Assembly: GCA_041662325.1 (NCBI GenBank)
Contig: JBAZSU010000006.1
Coordinates: 183,161 to 247,160, forward strand
Direction: 5' to 3'
Origin: Sulfurimonas sp.
Lineage (GTDB): Bacteria; Campylobacterota; Campylobacteria; Campylobacterales; Sulfurimonadaceae
DNA: 64,000 nucleotides
Shown: one piece after another, positions 17,342-28,240 of the stretch
Position numbering within the stretch: the first letter of the stretch is position 1
Layout: every line of letters starts with the position of its first letter
Made by a program: the position numbers and the translations under genes
Notes under the pieces: model-generated
Database searches by the model: none
What the model was told of the DNA's origin: nothing
Seen by the model: the letters and a program-made list of their open reading frames with translations, nothing else

Positions 17342-19981
17342 TTATATTTCTCCTTTTTGTGTTGGTATTGTAAAGATAAATGTTGTTCCGCTATTCTCTT
17401 GGCTATTTATTTTTATTGTTCCGCCGATTTTTTCCAATTCTACTTTAACAGCATTCATTCCAACACCTCGCCCTGAAATATCGGTAATGCTCTGTTTTGT
17501 AGAAAATTGCTCACTAAAAATAAAACTATATATTTCATCATCGCTCAGTGTACTCATCTGCTCTTTTGTAATCAACCCTTTTTCTAAGGCTTTTGCTTTG
17601 ACCTCTTCTTTATTTATTCCGGCACCGTCATCCGAAATTATTATTTCGATAATATCGCCAATCTCTTTAAAACTGCAGGAGATTGTTCCCTGTAGATCCT
17701 TGCCGTTTTCGTCCCTTGTATCTGGGTCTTCTATGCCGTGATCAACAGCGTTTCTAAATACGTGGATAAGAGATTTTACAAACGGTTTTATCTCATCTGG
17801 AATAAGCAGATTGGCATCACCGATAATTTCAAGTTCGTAAATATCCTTTTCCAGCTTTTGTGCTAACTGATCAACCAAGGTTGGATATTGTTTTAACAGT
17901 TGCAATAGACTTTGGTTGGAGAGGCTTGCAACTTGATTGATTATCTCTTTTGCCTCTTGCGTTGTCAGATTTTTTTGCTGAAACAGGTTATTAATTTTTG
18001 CTTCAAGAGTTTTAATTGTCGAGAGATCTATCTTCACAAAAGCATGAGAATTGAAAAAATCATCACCCAAAATATTTTTAATAATATCCAACTCCGCTTC
18101 AAAGTTAGACTTGAAGTCAGATTGTATTAAAAGAGAGAGCAGCTTCTCATTTGTATGTTTATTCTCTTTTATCATGCCAGATAATTCACTCTCTATTGAG
18201 TGTAAAAACAGAACTACATCACTCATATAGAGCTGAGCAAACGCACCTTTAAATGTATGAATTGTTCTGTAAATCTCATTTATATTATGAAGCGAAGTTT
18301 TTGTTCTGTCCAATCCGCTTTTGCATGTGGCTATAAAATTTTCATACTCTCTTTTTGTATCAGAAAAAATGTTGTTTTGCGTCACAACCTCAACAATCAT
18401 TTTTAGAGTCCCTTGCTCTTTTTTGACCTTGTTTTCAAGTTTCTTTTGTGCTGATACATTTGTAATAATCATCATTAATTTACTGTCTTCGAGAAATTTG
18501 TACTCCAATTTCAGAGCTCTTTTGTTTAAAATTATCTCACTCGGCAACAGAGAAAGAAGAGAGCTTTTGATTATCTCACTGCTCATATCATGAATGTCTA
18601 AAACCGTATTTTTGAAAAACTCTCTTTTGTTTGTGTCCAAAAAAAGCAGTTCGGCTATATTCTTACCGGCTATATTTTCACCCAAAAATCTATTGCATTC
18701 TGCGGAATATTCATCATCAACAATAAAATCACAGCCAAAAGATAAAAATCCCTGACCTGCGTTATCTAAAAGCGTACCAATTTTTTTGGTCTTTTCTTCG
18801 ACTTTGCCTTCTAAATTTGTATTTAACTCATTTATCTCTTCATGAAGCTTTGCACTCACTGCAATATTCTCTTTTAAAGAGTTTGCCATTTTTCCAAACT
18901 CATCCTCCGTATTTATCTCAATATTATTTGTATAATCTTTCCTGCCTTGTAAAAATAAGAAAAAGCTCGAGAGCCCCTCTTCAAATATTTTAAGCGGATT
19001 TGTAACCAATCTTTTTACAGCCAGCATTATCACAAAAGCTATAGCTATTGCCATAATCAAGACACCAAAGAGAGCGAGATAAATCAGGGTTTGAGACTTG
19101 TCAATAACACTATTTACGATTGAAAGAGGCTTTGCTAAAAGTACAAGACCTAACTCTTTATCTTGGAAATCTTTTATTTTTGCGTAGGTATAAAAATATT
19201 TTGAACTAATGAGATATTTATCTTTAAGTAGCCTTTGCATGTTAATAGTTTTTGCATCACTTAAAAAATCTTTATTTACAAATTTTTGAGAAATAATATA
19301 ATTTTGAAACTTATCGCTCTCGGCAAAGAGAAAATTTTCATCTGTTTTTATGATCTCATTAATTTTACTATCCATTAAAAGCAAAAAACCTGTTGCATTT
19401 TTATCAAAATCTTTTGCAACAGAGTCAATACCTTGAATAAACTCCAAAGAACCTAAATGCTCTCCATTCGTGCCAATTATTGGGATAATAGCTCTTAAAT
19501 TTAGACCTGCCCTCCCCGGTTCAAAAGTGACGATAGGTTTGAGAGTCTTGTTGACAGCGACAACTGCCGCCCTGAATGAGCTTAAATCATCTCCATATTT
19601 TTTAAGTTCCCAATTTCGCAAAAATGCTCTGTTATCTTTTGTATGAATGTGAATTTTAATATTCTGGAATTCTGTATATTCTTTCATTTTTGCTGAAATA
19701 TTTGCAAGAGAATCGATTGCATATTTTCGCTCATTTGCGCTCAAAGCAGTTTTTATTCTTTCATCATTTGCTATTGAAATCGCATTTGTTATCCCAACTC
19801 TGTTTTTTGACTCTATCTTGTCATTCGAACTCTCTATAAGCTCTTTAGTTGTCGATTTATAAACATCAATTTTAATTTTTTCTGCATACCAAGAGAGAAT
19901 TAAAAAGGAGGAGACAAGGGAGGCTAAAGAGATCCCAATAATGGCGATATTTAACTTTTTACTAACCGATAATGAACTCAT
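17342..19981 (-). CDS. Membrane-bound Cache-HAMP-PAS-Hpt-HATPase kinase (CheA-type catalytic core, no CheW-like domain)
   Basis: 879 aa: TM (about residues 10-32), periplasmic Cache-like region, second TM (about 300-322), HAMP-like linker, PAS-like segment (LDNAGQGFLSFG..), Hpt motif (IHTFKGAFAQ), and a CheA-type ATP-binding domain (FRNAVDHGIED .. DDGAGIN .. GRGVGMNAVK .. GTTFIFTIP). The protein ends right after that domain. Confidence 0.8.
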   Translation of the reverse strand: MSSLSVSKKLNIAIIGISLASLVSSFLILSWYAEKIKIDVYKSTTKELIESSNDKIESKNRVGITNAISIANDERIKTALSANERKYAIDSLANISAKMKEYTEFQNIKIHIHTKDNRAFLRNWELKKYGDDLSSFRAAVVAVNKTLKPIVTFEPGRAGLNLRAIIPIIGTNGEHLGSLEFIQGIDSVAKDFDKNATGFLLLMDSKINEIIKTDENFLFAESDKFQNYIISQKFVNKDFLSDAKTINMQRLLKDKYLISSKYFYTYAKIKDFQDKELGLVLLAKPLSIVNSVIDKSQTLIYLALFGVLIMAIAIAFVIMLAVKRLVTNPLKIFEEGLSSFFLFLQGRKDYTNNIEINTEDEFGKMANSLKENIAVSAKLHEEINELNTNLEGKVEEKTKKIGTLLDNAGQGFLSFGCDFIVDDEYSAECNRFLGENIAGKNIAELLFLDTNKREFFKNTVLDIHDMSSEIIKSSLLSLLPSEIILNKRALKLEYKFLEDSKLMMIITNVSAQKKLENKVKKEQGTLKMIVEVVTQNNIFSDTKREYENFIATCKSGLDRTKTSLHNINEIYRTIHTFKGAFAQLYMSDVVLFLHSIESELSGMIKENKHTNEKLLSLLIQSDFKSNFEAELDIIKNILGDDFFNSHAFVKIDLSTIKTLEAKINNLFQQKNLTTQEAKEIINQVASLSNQSLLQLLKQYPTLVDQLAQKLEKDIYELEIIGDANLLIPDEIKPFVKSLIHVFRNAVDHGIEDPDTRDENGKDLQGTISCSFKEIGDIIEIIISDDGAGINKEEVKAKALEKGLITKEQMSTLSDDEIYSFIFSEQFSTKQSITDISGRGVGMNAVKVELEKIGGTIKINSQENSGTTFIFTIPTQKGEI

Positions 19982-20059
19982 TAGAGACCCCTGATATGAA
20001 TAATGAACGGTTATAGTATCAAAACGAAGTCTCTTTTTGGTCTTACTTTTTAAAAATTG

Positions 20060-20566
20060 CTATATTATTTCGTAGTTTAAAGCTTTTTTTGTAAATTCTG
20101 CCGAGCAAAAAAACATCGCAACAAAGATAGGATTTATTTTTACAAAATCATCTTCTATGGTTTCAAAAACCTTAAAACTAAATCCGCCGCCATCTTTATG
20201 ATTTTGCGGAGTTACTACAAACTCTATGGGCGCTAAAGCTCTTACCATGTTGATAATAATTTTTTTCTTCTTCTCGCCCGCATTAGCCAAAATATTAAAA
20301 TTTGGCTCTTCTGAGCCTTTGTGAGCGTATAATATCTCTTCTAAGACAGTTACTTTATCTTTAAATACCACTTTATTCCATTTGATAATAGTATTTTCAG
20401 AAGCTATTTGTTTTGCCGAGAACATGAGCGGATTCGGTTTTTTGCTTTTCATAGCCTCTATGAGAGCTAAAAGAAAGTTAGCACCACCGATGGTCTCTGC
20501 ACTTTTTGTCATAAATAGATGAATCAGTGCCTTTGTCTCTTCACTCTGTTTGTTAAAATTACACAT
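20060..20566 (-). CDS. Hypothetical protein
   Basis: 168-aa ORF, 78 nt upstream of the kinase gene on the same strand. No secure motif. Confidence 0.5.
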   Translation of the reverse strand: MCNFNKQSEETKALIHLFMTKSAETIGGANFLLALIEAMKSKKPNPLMFSAKQIASENTIIKWNKVVFKDKVTVLEEILYAHKGSEEPNFNILANAGEKKKKIIINMVRALAPIEFVVTPQNHKDGGGFSFKVFETIEDDFVKINPIFVAMFFCSAEFTKKALNYEII

Positions 20567-20819
20567 ATTTTTCCTTTAATGTACACTTATATTGTTGACA
20601 TTATATTAGAATTCTCGCAAAAACTTGTTTTTTCCTATGTAGGGACTTTGGTCCCAGCCACAATGATGGGCTTGCTCATTATTGTGCATAACATCAATAA
20701 ATGCTTCTTAATTTCTTAAATCAAATAGTAGGTCAGCTCCATTTAAGCTTTATCAAATAACAAAGCCATTATCATATCAAAACTCAAATCAGACAAAATC
20801 TGTCTTATTTAAAAACTAA

Positions 20820-22058
<1,239 letters not shown>

Positions 22059-22078
22059 AACCTCTATTTATTTAGAAC

Positions 22079-22102
22079 GCTACTTGAACTAGTCCAAGTA
22101 GC
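22079..22102 (+). promoter_or_regulatory. Second hairpin in the nifS-nifU spacer
   Basis: gctacttg-aactagtc-caagtagc: perfect 8-bp stem with an 8-nt loop. Confidence 0.45.
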
Positions 22103-22185
22103 TACGCTAGGCACTATGCCACTGAAGCTAGTTTCTGACGAAACAGAATATAAAAATAAAATTTAGATAAAAAGGAAAAACGACT

Positions 22186-23160
22186 ATGGCAAAAAATGAT
22201 TTATTAGGGGCGTCATTATGGGATGCGTACTCTAACAAAGTAACAACTTTAATGAATAACCCACAACATCAAGGCGAGATTTTTGAAGCAGATGCAGAGT
22301 CTCGCGGAAACAAACTTATTGTTGCCGATTTTGGTGCGGAGAGTTGTGGGGATGCGGTGCGTTTGTACTGGGAGATTGACCCGAAAACAGACACAATTGT
22401 AAACTCAAAATTTAAAAGTTTTGGATGCGGAACTGCAATTGCAAGCTCCGATGTTATGACTGAACTCTGTATCGGCAAGACTGTGGATCAGGCTGTAAAA
22501 ATCACAAACATTGATGTTGAGTTTGCTCTTCGTGACAGCCCAGAGATTCCGGCTGTTCCGCCTCAAAAAATGCACTGTTCGGTCATGGCGTATGATGTTA
22601 TCAAAAAAGCGGCAGGACTTTACAAAGGGGTGGATGCTTCTAGTTTTGAGACAGAAATCATCGTTTGTGAATGTGCGCGTGTAAGTTTAGGCACACTCAA
22701 AGAGGTTATCAGACTCAATGACCTTAAGACGATTGAGCAAATCACAGACTACACAAAAGCCGGCGGTTTTTGTAAGTCATGTATCAAACCGGGCGGACAT
22801 GAAGCCAGAGAGTACTACCTTGTAGATATTTTGGCGGACACACGCCGTGAGATGGATGAAGAAAAGATGAAAGCAGCGGCAGATGCCGGTTCAACGGGTG
22901 ATTTCGAGAATATGACTCTAGTTCAGCAAATCAAAGCGGTGGATGCAGTCGTAGATGAAAATGTCCGCCAATTTTTAGTTATGGACGGCGGAAATATGGA
23001 AGTCATCGACATCAAAAAAGGCGATGAATACATAGATATTTACATCCGCTATTTAGGTGCATGTAACGGCTGTGCTTCTTCTTCAACAGGTACGCTTTAT
23101 GCAATAGAAGCAACATTAAAAGAGAAACTCTCCAAAAGAATCCGCGTTCTTCCTATTTAA
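22186..23160 (+). CDS. nifU: Fe-S cluster scaffold NifU (three-domain, Helicobacter type)
   Basis: 324 aa: N-terminal IscU-like domain (GAESCGDAV.. FGCGTAIASS), central Cys-rich ferredoxin-like domain (CECARVS.. CKSC), and C-terminal NifU domain (GACNGCASS). Confidence 0.9.
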   Translation: MAKNDLLGASLWDAYSNKVTTLMNNPQHQGEIFEADAESRGNKLIVADFGAESCGDAVRLYWEIDPKTDTIVNSKFKSFGCGTAIASSDVMTELCIGKTVDQAVKITNIDVEFALRDSPEIPAVPPQKMHCSVMAYDVIKKAAGLYKGVDASSFETEIIVCECARVSLGTLKEVIRLNDLKTIEQITDYTKAGGFCKSCIKPGGHEAREYYLVDILADTRREMDEEKMKAAADAGSTGDFENMTLVQQIKAVDAVVDENVRQFLVMDGGNMEVIDIKKGDEYIDIYIRYLGACNGCASSSTGTLYAIEATLKEKLSKRIRVLPI

Positions 23161-23180
23161 TAGCAGAATTTTCTGCTATT
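23159..23180. terminator. Bidirectional hairpin between convergent nifU and the MMPL gene
   Basis: aatagcagaa-tt-ttctgctatt (about 9-10 bp stem). It overlaps both stop codons. Confidence 0.5.
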
Positions 23181-25437
23181 AATACTTTATCTTCTCATAA
23201 AAAACACTTAGTAATGCAGGCAAAAGCACTAAATCAAATAACACCGCCATATTTAAAGCCACAACTGTTACTATGGCAAAATTCACATTTGGTATAAAAC
23301 TGCTCAAGCCAAAAAGTGCAAAAGTAAAAGACAATATAAAAGTCGTAAGTATCATGGCATTTCCACTATGGCTAATAACATAATCTATACTATCCTCAAA
23401 TGTTTTTATTTTTATAGCGTCAAAAAATTTACTAAAAAAATGAATTGTATCATCGACTGCTATACCCAAAATAATGGAAGCAGAAATAGCTATTCCCAAA
23501 TCTATATTAATGTTCAAATATCCCATAACTCCTGAAACAAAAATAATCGGAGCAATATTTGGAACTATAAAAATCAATAAAATTTTAAAATTCCTAAATA
23601 TCAGATACATAAAAGGAGCTATGGTAAATAAAGTGGTAGTTATGGAGAGCACGAGCGTATTTGTGAGACTTGACTGCATGTAGGCAAAAATGGCAGTTTG
23701 ACCTTGTACATCCGCACTGAATGAGCTATTTGTCTCCCACCATTTTTTAATCCATGCAATCATCTCTAAATCTTTGGATGTGTTTACAAGATTCGTATTG
23801 ATAGAAAGTCTTAAAAACTGTTCACTTGTATCTATTTTGTCGTTTATCTCCATCCCTTGTGGCAAACTCATGGAGTAAAGTAAGAGATATTGTGCAACAA
23901 GATTTTTATCTTGCGGTATGGCATGTAAAGATTTTTCATCTAAGACTTCTTGCATCCGGACAACTATATCTTTTAAAGAGGTTGTAAATCTTATATTTTT
24001 ATACTCTGCTCTTAAATCATTCTCAAACCTAACGACTGTGTTTAAAAACTCTGAATTTTTTACGCCCTCTTTTTGTTTGGAATCTAAAACTATCTCGTAA
24101 ACCATAGAGCCTGTTAAATTCTTCTCTATAAAATCACTTCCACTTCTTACTGCTGTATCTACAGAGAAATATTTTATACTGTTACTATCTACTTTGATAA
24201 AACTAAGCCCATAAGCAAAAAAGAGAAATAAGAAACCAAAGCTGTAAACTATTTTTTTATCATGTTTTACTATAAAAGCACCATACCCTTTTGTGTGAAA
24301 AAGATTTAAAAACTTTAATGGTTTTACCTTGTGTTTTTCTCCAAATATCAATAAAAGCACAGGTATTAGTGTAACAGTTAAGACAAATGCTATAACAGCG
24401 GCAGCTGTTATGGCTATACCTAATGTTGCAATTGGTTCTATTGCACTTAGTCCAAGAGACGCAAATCCAGATGCAGTGGTAAAAGAGGTCAAAGCAACTG
24501 GCTTGATATTGTTTTGAAATGCTGTGATTAATGCTTCTTTATTGTTTATATTTTTACTTCTGTAAAATACCCATGCGAGGTAAAGGTGCATTGCATCTGC
24601 GATGGCAATAGCTGTTACAAAAGAAGGAATATTTACCGTAAAATTATTGAGTTTATATCCAAGCAATACCTGTATGCTAAGTACCAATAAAAAAGTAAAA
24701 ACTATTACAATCGAAGGGACTAAAACACCTAAATAAGTTCTAAAAAGTGTAAACAGTAATGCCATAACCATAATTACCGCAAGTGGCATAAGCACCATCG
24801 CATCACTTTGTGAGATTGTCACCAACGAGGCTGTAATTGCAGGTGCACCCGTAATATAAAACTTGTATCCGCTCTTTTTGCTCAAAGCGTCAGTTATATC
24901 TTGTATCGCTCGCATGACATAGATATTTACCTCTTCATTCGCCCCGCTCTCATTTGAGAGTTGAACTGCAATCGCGGTGCTTAAACCCTCTTTATCTATC
25001 AGCTGATTGAGTATAAGTTTGTCATTTACGGCAAATACTCTTTTCTTTTCTAAATTATTGAAATCTTTTATAAAATCCTCTACAATTATTTCATCATCCT
25101 GCGAACTTATATACTGATAATTTGTTAGGCTGTTAACTTTTCTGACACCGTCAATTTGTTTAAAAGCATCTGTTAGAGCCAAAATTGTAGTAACCGCTTT
25201 TTGATTGAATATTCCGTTCTCATCTTTAAAAGCCACTATAAAAGTGTCGTCACCGCTAAAAGTAGTTCTGAAATGCTCATAATCTTTTAAGATTTTAGAC
25301 TCTTTATCAAACCATATTTTGTAGCTTCCCTCATACGCCAAATCTTTTAAGGCTATTGAAAACAGGGCAACCATAAGTGTTGTCAAAACTAAAATTATGT
25401 ATTTATATCTGTCGAGAAAATCTATATATCTTTGCAC
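23179..25437 (-). CDS. MMPL/RND-superfamily exporter
   Basis: 752 aa with two blocks of about 6 TM helices, each preceded by a large soluble loop. This is typical MMPL/HpnN-like topology. Confidence 0.8.
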   Translation of the reverse strand: MQRYIDFLDRYKYIILVLTTLMVALFSIALKDLAYEGSYKIWFDKESKILKDYEHFRTTFSGDDTFIVAFKDENGIFNQKAVTTILALTDAFKQIDGVRKVNSLTNYQYISSQDDEIIVEDFIKDFNNLEKKRVFAVNDKLILNQLIDKEGLSTAIAVQLSNESGANEEVNIYVMRAIQDITDALSKKSGYKFYITGAPAITASLVTISQSDAMVLMPLAVIMVMALLFTLFRTYLGVLVPSIVIVFTFLLVLSIQVLLGYKLNNFTVNIPSFVTAIAIADAMHLYLAWVFYRSKNINNKEALITAFQNNIKPVALTSFTTASGFASLGLSAIEPIATLGIAITAAAVIAFVLTVTLIPVLLLIFGEKHKVKPLKFLNLFHTKGYGAFIVKHDKKIVYSFGFLFLFFAYGLSFIKVDSNSIKYFSVDTAVRSGSDFIEKNLTGSMVYEIVLDSKQKEGVKNSEFLNTVVRFENDLRAEYKNIRFTTSLKDIVVRMQEVLDEKSLHAIPQDKNLVAQYLLLYSMSLPQGMEINDKIDTSEQFLRLSINTNLVNTSKDLEMIAWIKKWWETNSSFSADVQGQTAIFAYMQSSLTNTLVLSITTTLFTIAPFMYLIFRNFKILLIFIVPNIAPIIFVSGVMGYLNINIDLGIAISASIILGIAVDDTIHFFSKFFDAIKIKTFEDSIDYVISHSGNAMILTTFILSFTFALFGLSSFIPNVNFAIVTVVALNMAVLFDLVLLPALLSVFYEKIKY

Positions 25438-25447
25438 ATGTCAACCT

Positions 25448-26611
25448 TCAAAATGAATAAGTAAGCCCAACCATAACTCTGTCGGACTCCTCTATTTGAG
25501 ATAGCAAAGTTCTTTGTGAGGGTAAAACACGCAGATATTCGCCACTGAAAACCAAATTGTCTCTAACTCTTGATTTTGCCTCGATTTTAAAAACTTTTTC
25601 TTCATTTTTCATGTCGTACAAAACTCCGCTTTTTACCTCGCTGTTTCTTACATCGTTAAAATTGAATCGCAGTGCCAAAAAAACATCGTTGTCATATATT
25701 TCGGATATATCCACATTTTGAAGTTTGTCCCGCATGTAAACATATCTGTAATATTCCAGATATAAATTCACCCCAACACCAAAAACTTCGTGTAAACTTT
25801 TTTCTACTCCAAAAGTGAGCTGCGTATAATCACTTATCCTTTGGTCGTTAATCACATCCGTGTAACTTGTCTCGCACTTAAAAATTGCCTCTTTATAAAC
25901 AATGTTTGAGAGAAATAAAAATTTATTTACTCTATACGCATACTGGGAAAGTTCAGATGGAGCTGTTTGTATAAAATATCGCTTATTGTCATACCCATGA
26001 AGCAGAATAAGCTTTGTTTCGCCGTCGAACAGTTCATCGGTCATAAAACTGTATGCAATATAAACCGTTGAAGTGTATGCCTTGTCGCTTAGCTTTAAAT
26101 CTTCATTGTAATCTATACCGAACGGATAGTATGGAGAGCTGTTTTTTGGATATTTTTGATTTTCTTCATACAACTTAATTCCAAATTCAAGAGTGTTGTC
26201 ATCAAAATATTTTGAGACTAAAAAGCTCCAAGCCCCTAATTTCGCACTTTTATCAAACGGATTTGACAGGTAGTTCTTTTGGTTAAACACATCCGTTACA
26301 TTATAACCCTCCATCTCACCCCAATATTTAACTACTTTGCCAAATGTAAGGCTATAATCCACATGCCGCTGCATCAGATATAATTCATTCACATTGATAT
26401 ATCTTTTTTCATCATACTCATAGCTATACAAATATTCTAATGCTATATTTGTTGCAAAAAAGTCATTTTCAAATTTTAGTTTTGTATCTCCTTCAACCGT
26501 TTTATCATCAGCAAAATCACTGTAACCAATATATTTCGCTGAGATATTAGATTTTTGTTCCATGGCATGTGCAAATGTAACAAAGACAAAAAGGAGTATG
26601 AATCGAATCAT
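25448..26611 (-). CDS. Outer-membrane beta-barrel protein of unknown function
   Basis: 387 aa with a signal peptide (..FVTFAHAMEQ), abundant alternating aromatic/polar strands, and a C-terminal ..GLTYSF (terminal Phe typical of OMPs). ATGA overlap with the upstream gene. Confidence 0.65.
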   Translation of the reverse strand: MIRFILLFVFVTFAHAMEQKSNISAKYIGYSDFADDKTVEGDTKLKFENDFFATNIALEYLYSYEYDEKRYINVNELYLMQRHVDYSLTFGKVVKYWGEMEGYNVTDVFNQKNYLSNPFDKSAKLGAWSFLVSKYFDDNTLEFGIKLYEENQKYPKNSSPYYPFGIDYNEDLKLSDKAYTSTVYIAYSFMTDELFDGETKLILLHGYDNKRYFIQTAPSELSQYAYRVNKFLFLSNIVYKEAIFKCETSYTDVINDQRISDYTQLTFGVEKSLHEVFGVGVNLYLEYYRYVYMRDKLQNVDISEIYDNDVFLALRFNFNDVRNSEVKSGVLYDMKNEEKVFKIEAKSRVRDNLVFSGEYLRVLPSQRTLLSQIEESDRVMVGLTYSF

Positions 26612-27354
26612 TGCAATACCCTTTTTGAGAAATCCTCTTCACTCAGTCCTACTTTGACCTTATCCTCATCCCAGTTCAATATACTGCTTTTTTTTGTTTG
26701 AACATTGAACATCTCCATCTTTTTAATTCTATAAACACCTTCAAGTTTGATATATTCCAAAAAAGAAACCTCTTTAAGTAATCTGTTTTGCTTATCAAAA
26801 TACTCCCCGAATTTTGCTAAATAGCTTTGCGTATCAATGTAGAGAATCTGCTTAGAATACCCGCTATTGCTCTCTTTTGGGATTCTTGTAATTGCAAAAC
26901 ACTCCGCTTCATTTTTTATAACTTTCTGTACTTCTTCCAAATAGGAGTATTTTTCATAATTTTGTGATGAAATATCTTCATAGCTGAATTCACTCGCCAT
27001 AAATGAGCCCGACTTATCGCCGGAGCTTATTCTTTTTACTCTCTTTAACGCCGGCAGATAGAGCCACTGTTTATCATCCTCGCCTACCTCCTCATAACTA
27101 AGAAGTTTTGTATCTTTAATATCTAAGGGATACAAAAATCCGATTAATGTTTTATCTCCATGGCTTGATTCCAGTTTTTTTATCTCTAGTTTTCTAATAT
27201 TTTCTGCACCTTGTGCATTTTTTAAAGTCATCGTATTTACAGAGACACTATCTTTGTAACCGGACATAATCTCATAGGATTTCTTAGCAATTTCCATCGA
27301 ACTCTCCCCAAATATGGCTATTGCAAGGGTAGTCAGCAGTAGTAACTTTTTCAT
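26608..27354 (-). CDS. LolA-like outer membrane lipoprotein-sorting family protein
   Basis: 248 aa with a signal peptide. The pattern ..QWLYLPALKRVKRIS..DKSGSFMASEFSYEDI.. recalls the LolA-like proteins that accompany MMPL exporters. Confidence 0.6.
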   Translation of the reverse strand: MKKLLLLTTLAIAIFGESSMEIAKKSYEIMSGYKDSVSVNTMTLKNAQGAENIRKLEIKKLESSHGDKTLIGFLYPLDIKDTKLLSYEEVGEDDKQWLYLPALKRVKRISSGDKSGSFMASEFSYEDISSQNYEKYSYLEEVQKVIKNEAECFAITRIPKESNSGYSKQILYIDTQSYLAKFGEYFDKQNRLLKEVSFLEYIKLEGVYRIKKMEMFNVQTKKSSILNWDEDKVKVGLSEEDFSKRVLQ

Positions 27355-27374
27355 TTCTTCACTCCTTAAGTTTT

Positions 27375-27424
27375 ATGTGAACAATGTTAACATAATATTT
27401 TGTAAATGTAAACATTGTTTACAT
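27375..27424. promoter_or_regulatory. Two 19-bp palindromic operators in the divergent tetR / exporter promoter region
   Basis: O1 27375-27393 atgtgaaca-a-tgttaacat (1 mismatch); O2 27406-27424 atgtaaaca-t-tgtttacat (perfect). Centres are 31 bp apart. They lie between starts at 27354(-) and 27448(+). Confidence 0.7.
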
Positions 27425-27447
27425 AGCTTTTATGATAAAATACGTTT

Positions 27448-28107
27448 ATGATAAAAAATGATTACCACCATGGAAATTTAAAAGATGATTTTTTGAAGAT
27501 AGCTTTTGATTTTATAGCAAAAGAAGATGTAGAAAAATTGACTCTAAAAATACTCTCCGATGCAACAGGCACTTCAAGGTCTGCAATTTATAGACATTTT
27601 AGTTCAAAAGAGGAACTGATTGAGACTATGATTCAAAAAGGTTTTGATGACTTTGACAATTTTGTTTCTCCCTCGCTAAAAGATAAAGAAAAATCGCTAA
27701 TAGATAGATTTTATCTCAGTGCAAAAGCATATTTAGAGTTCGCAAAACAAAACCCCAACCTCTACAGGCTCCTTTTCGGAAACAAATATGCAAAAATCAG
27801 GGAGAGCTCTATAAATATCAAAGATGATGACTGCAGCGGTTTTGCCTCACTCAAGCTCGCCATAGAAGAGGGACAAAAAAACGGTGTTCTTAAAAAAGAG
27901 GATAGTTTTATGAGAACTATTTTGATTTGGTCGTCCCTGCATGGTTTATCTTCCCTTGTAATTGACGGATTTATGGACATAGATAAAATGTCTGATGAAC
28001 TTTGTGAGAGCATGTTTGCCGACATGTTAAACAATCTAGTTACAAACAAAGTTAAATTCTTATCGAATATGCCATTTGGCGATGGAATTTTAAAACCGAA
28101 TCGATAA
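27448..28107 (+). CDS. TetR-family transcriptional regulator
   Basis: 219 aa with an N-terminal HTH (LTLKILSDATGTSRSAIYRHFSSKEELI) typical of TetR. Divergent from the exporter operon. Confidence 0.85.
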   Translation: MIKNDYHHGNLKDDFLKIAFDFIAKEDVEKLTLKILSDATGTSRSAIYRHFSSKEELIETMIQKGFDDFDNFVSPSLKDKEKSLIDRFYLSAKAYLEFAKQNPNLYRLLFGNKYAKIRESSINIKDDDCSGFASLKLAIEEGQKNGVLKKEDSFMRTILIWSSLHGLSSLVIDGFMDIDKMSDELCESMFADMLNNLVTNKVKFLSNMPFGDGILKPNR

Positions 28108-28240
28108 ATTGTAACCATATTGAGACCATTATATTTTTACTCAGATACAACTTGGTACAATCATGTGATTTGATTTCAAGTAGATTGTTTTATACTTCTT
28201 GTCAAGCGAAGTAAAATTAAATATTCTGAAGGCTTAAAAT

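Noticed and set aside
20060-20566. The C-terminal ..FKVFETIEDDFVKINPIFVAMFFCSAEFTKKALNYEII loosely recalls the first winged-helix domain of Rep_3 plasmid initiators
   Set aside because: The resemblance is short and from memory only. There are no iterons, partition or mobility genes nearby. Kept as hypothetical; HHpred would settle it.
20625-20695. Hairpins gggac-tttg-gtccc and cacaatgatg..cattattgtg upstream of nifS as a third copy of the three-hairpin element
   Set aside because: Only the short gggac/gtccc stem is shared. The order and remaining sequence differ, so there is not enough similarity to call a family member.
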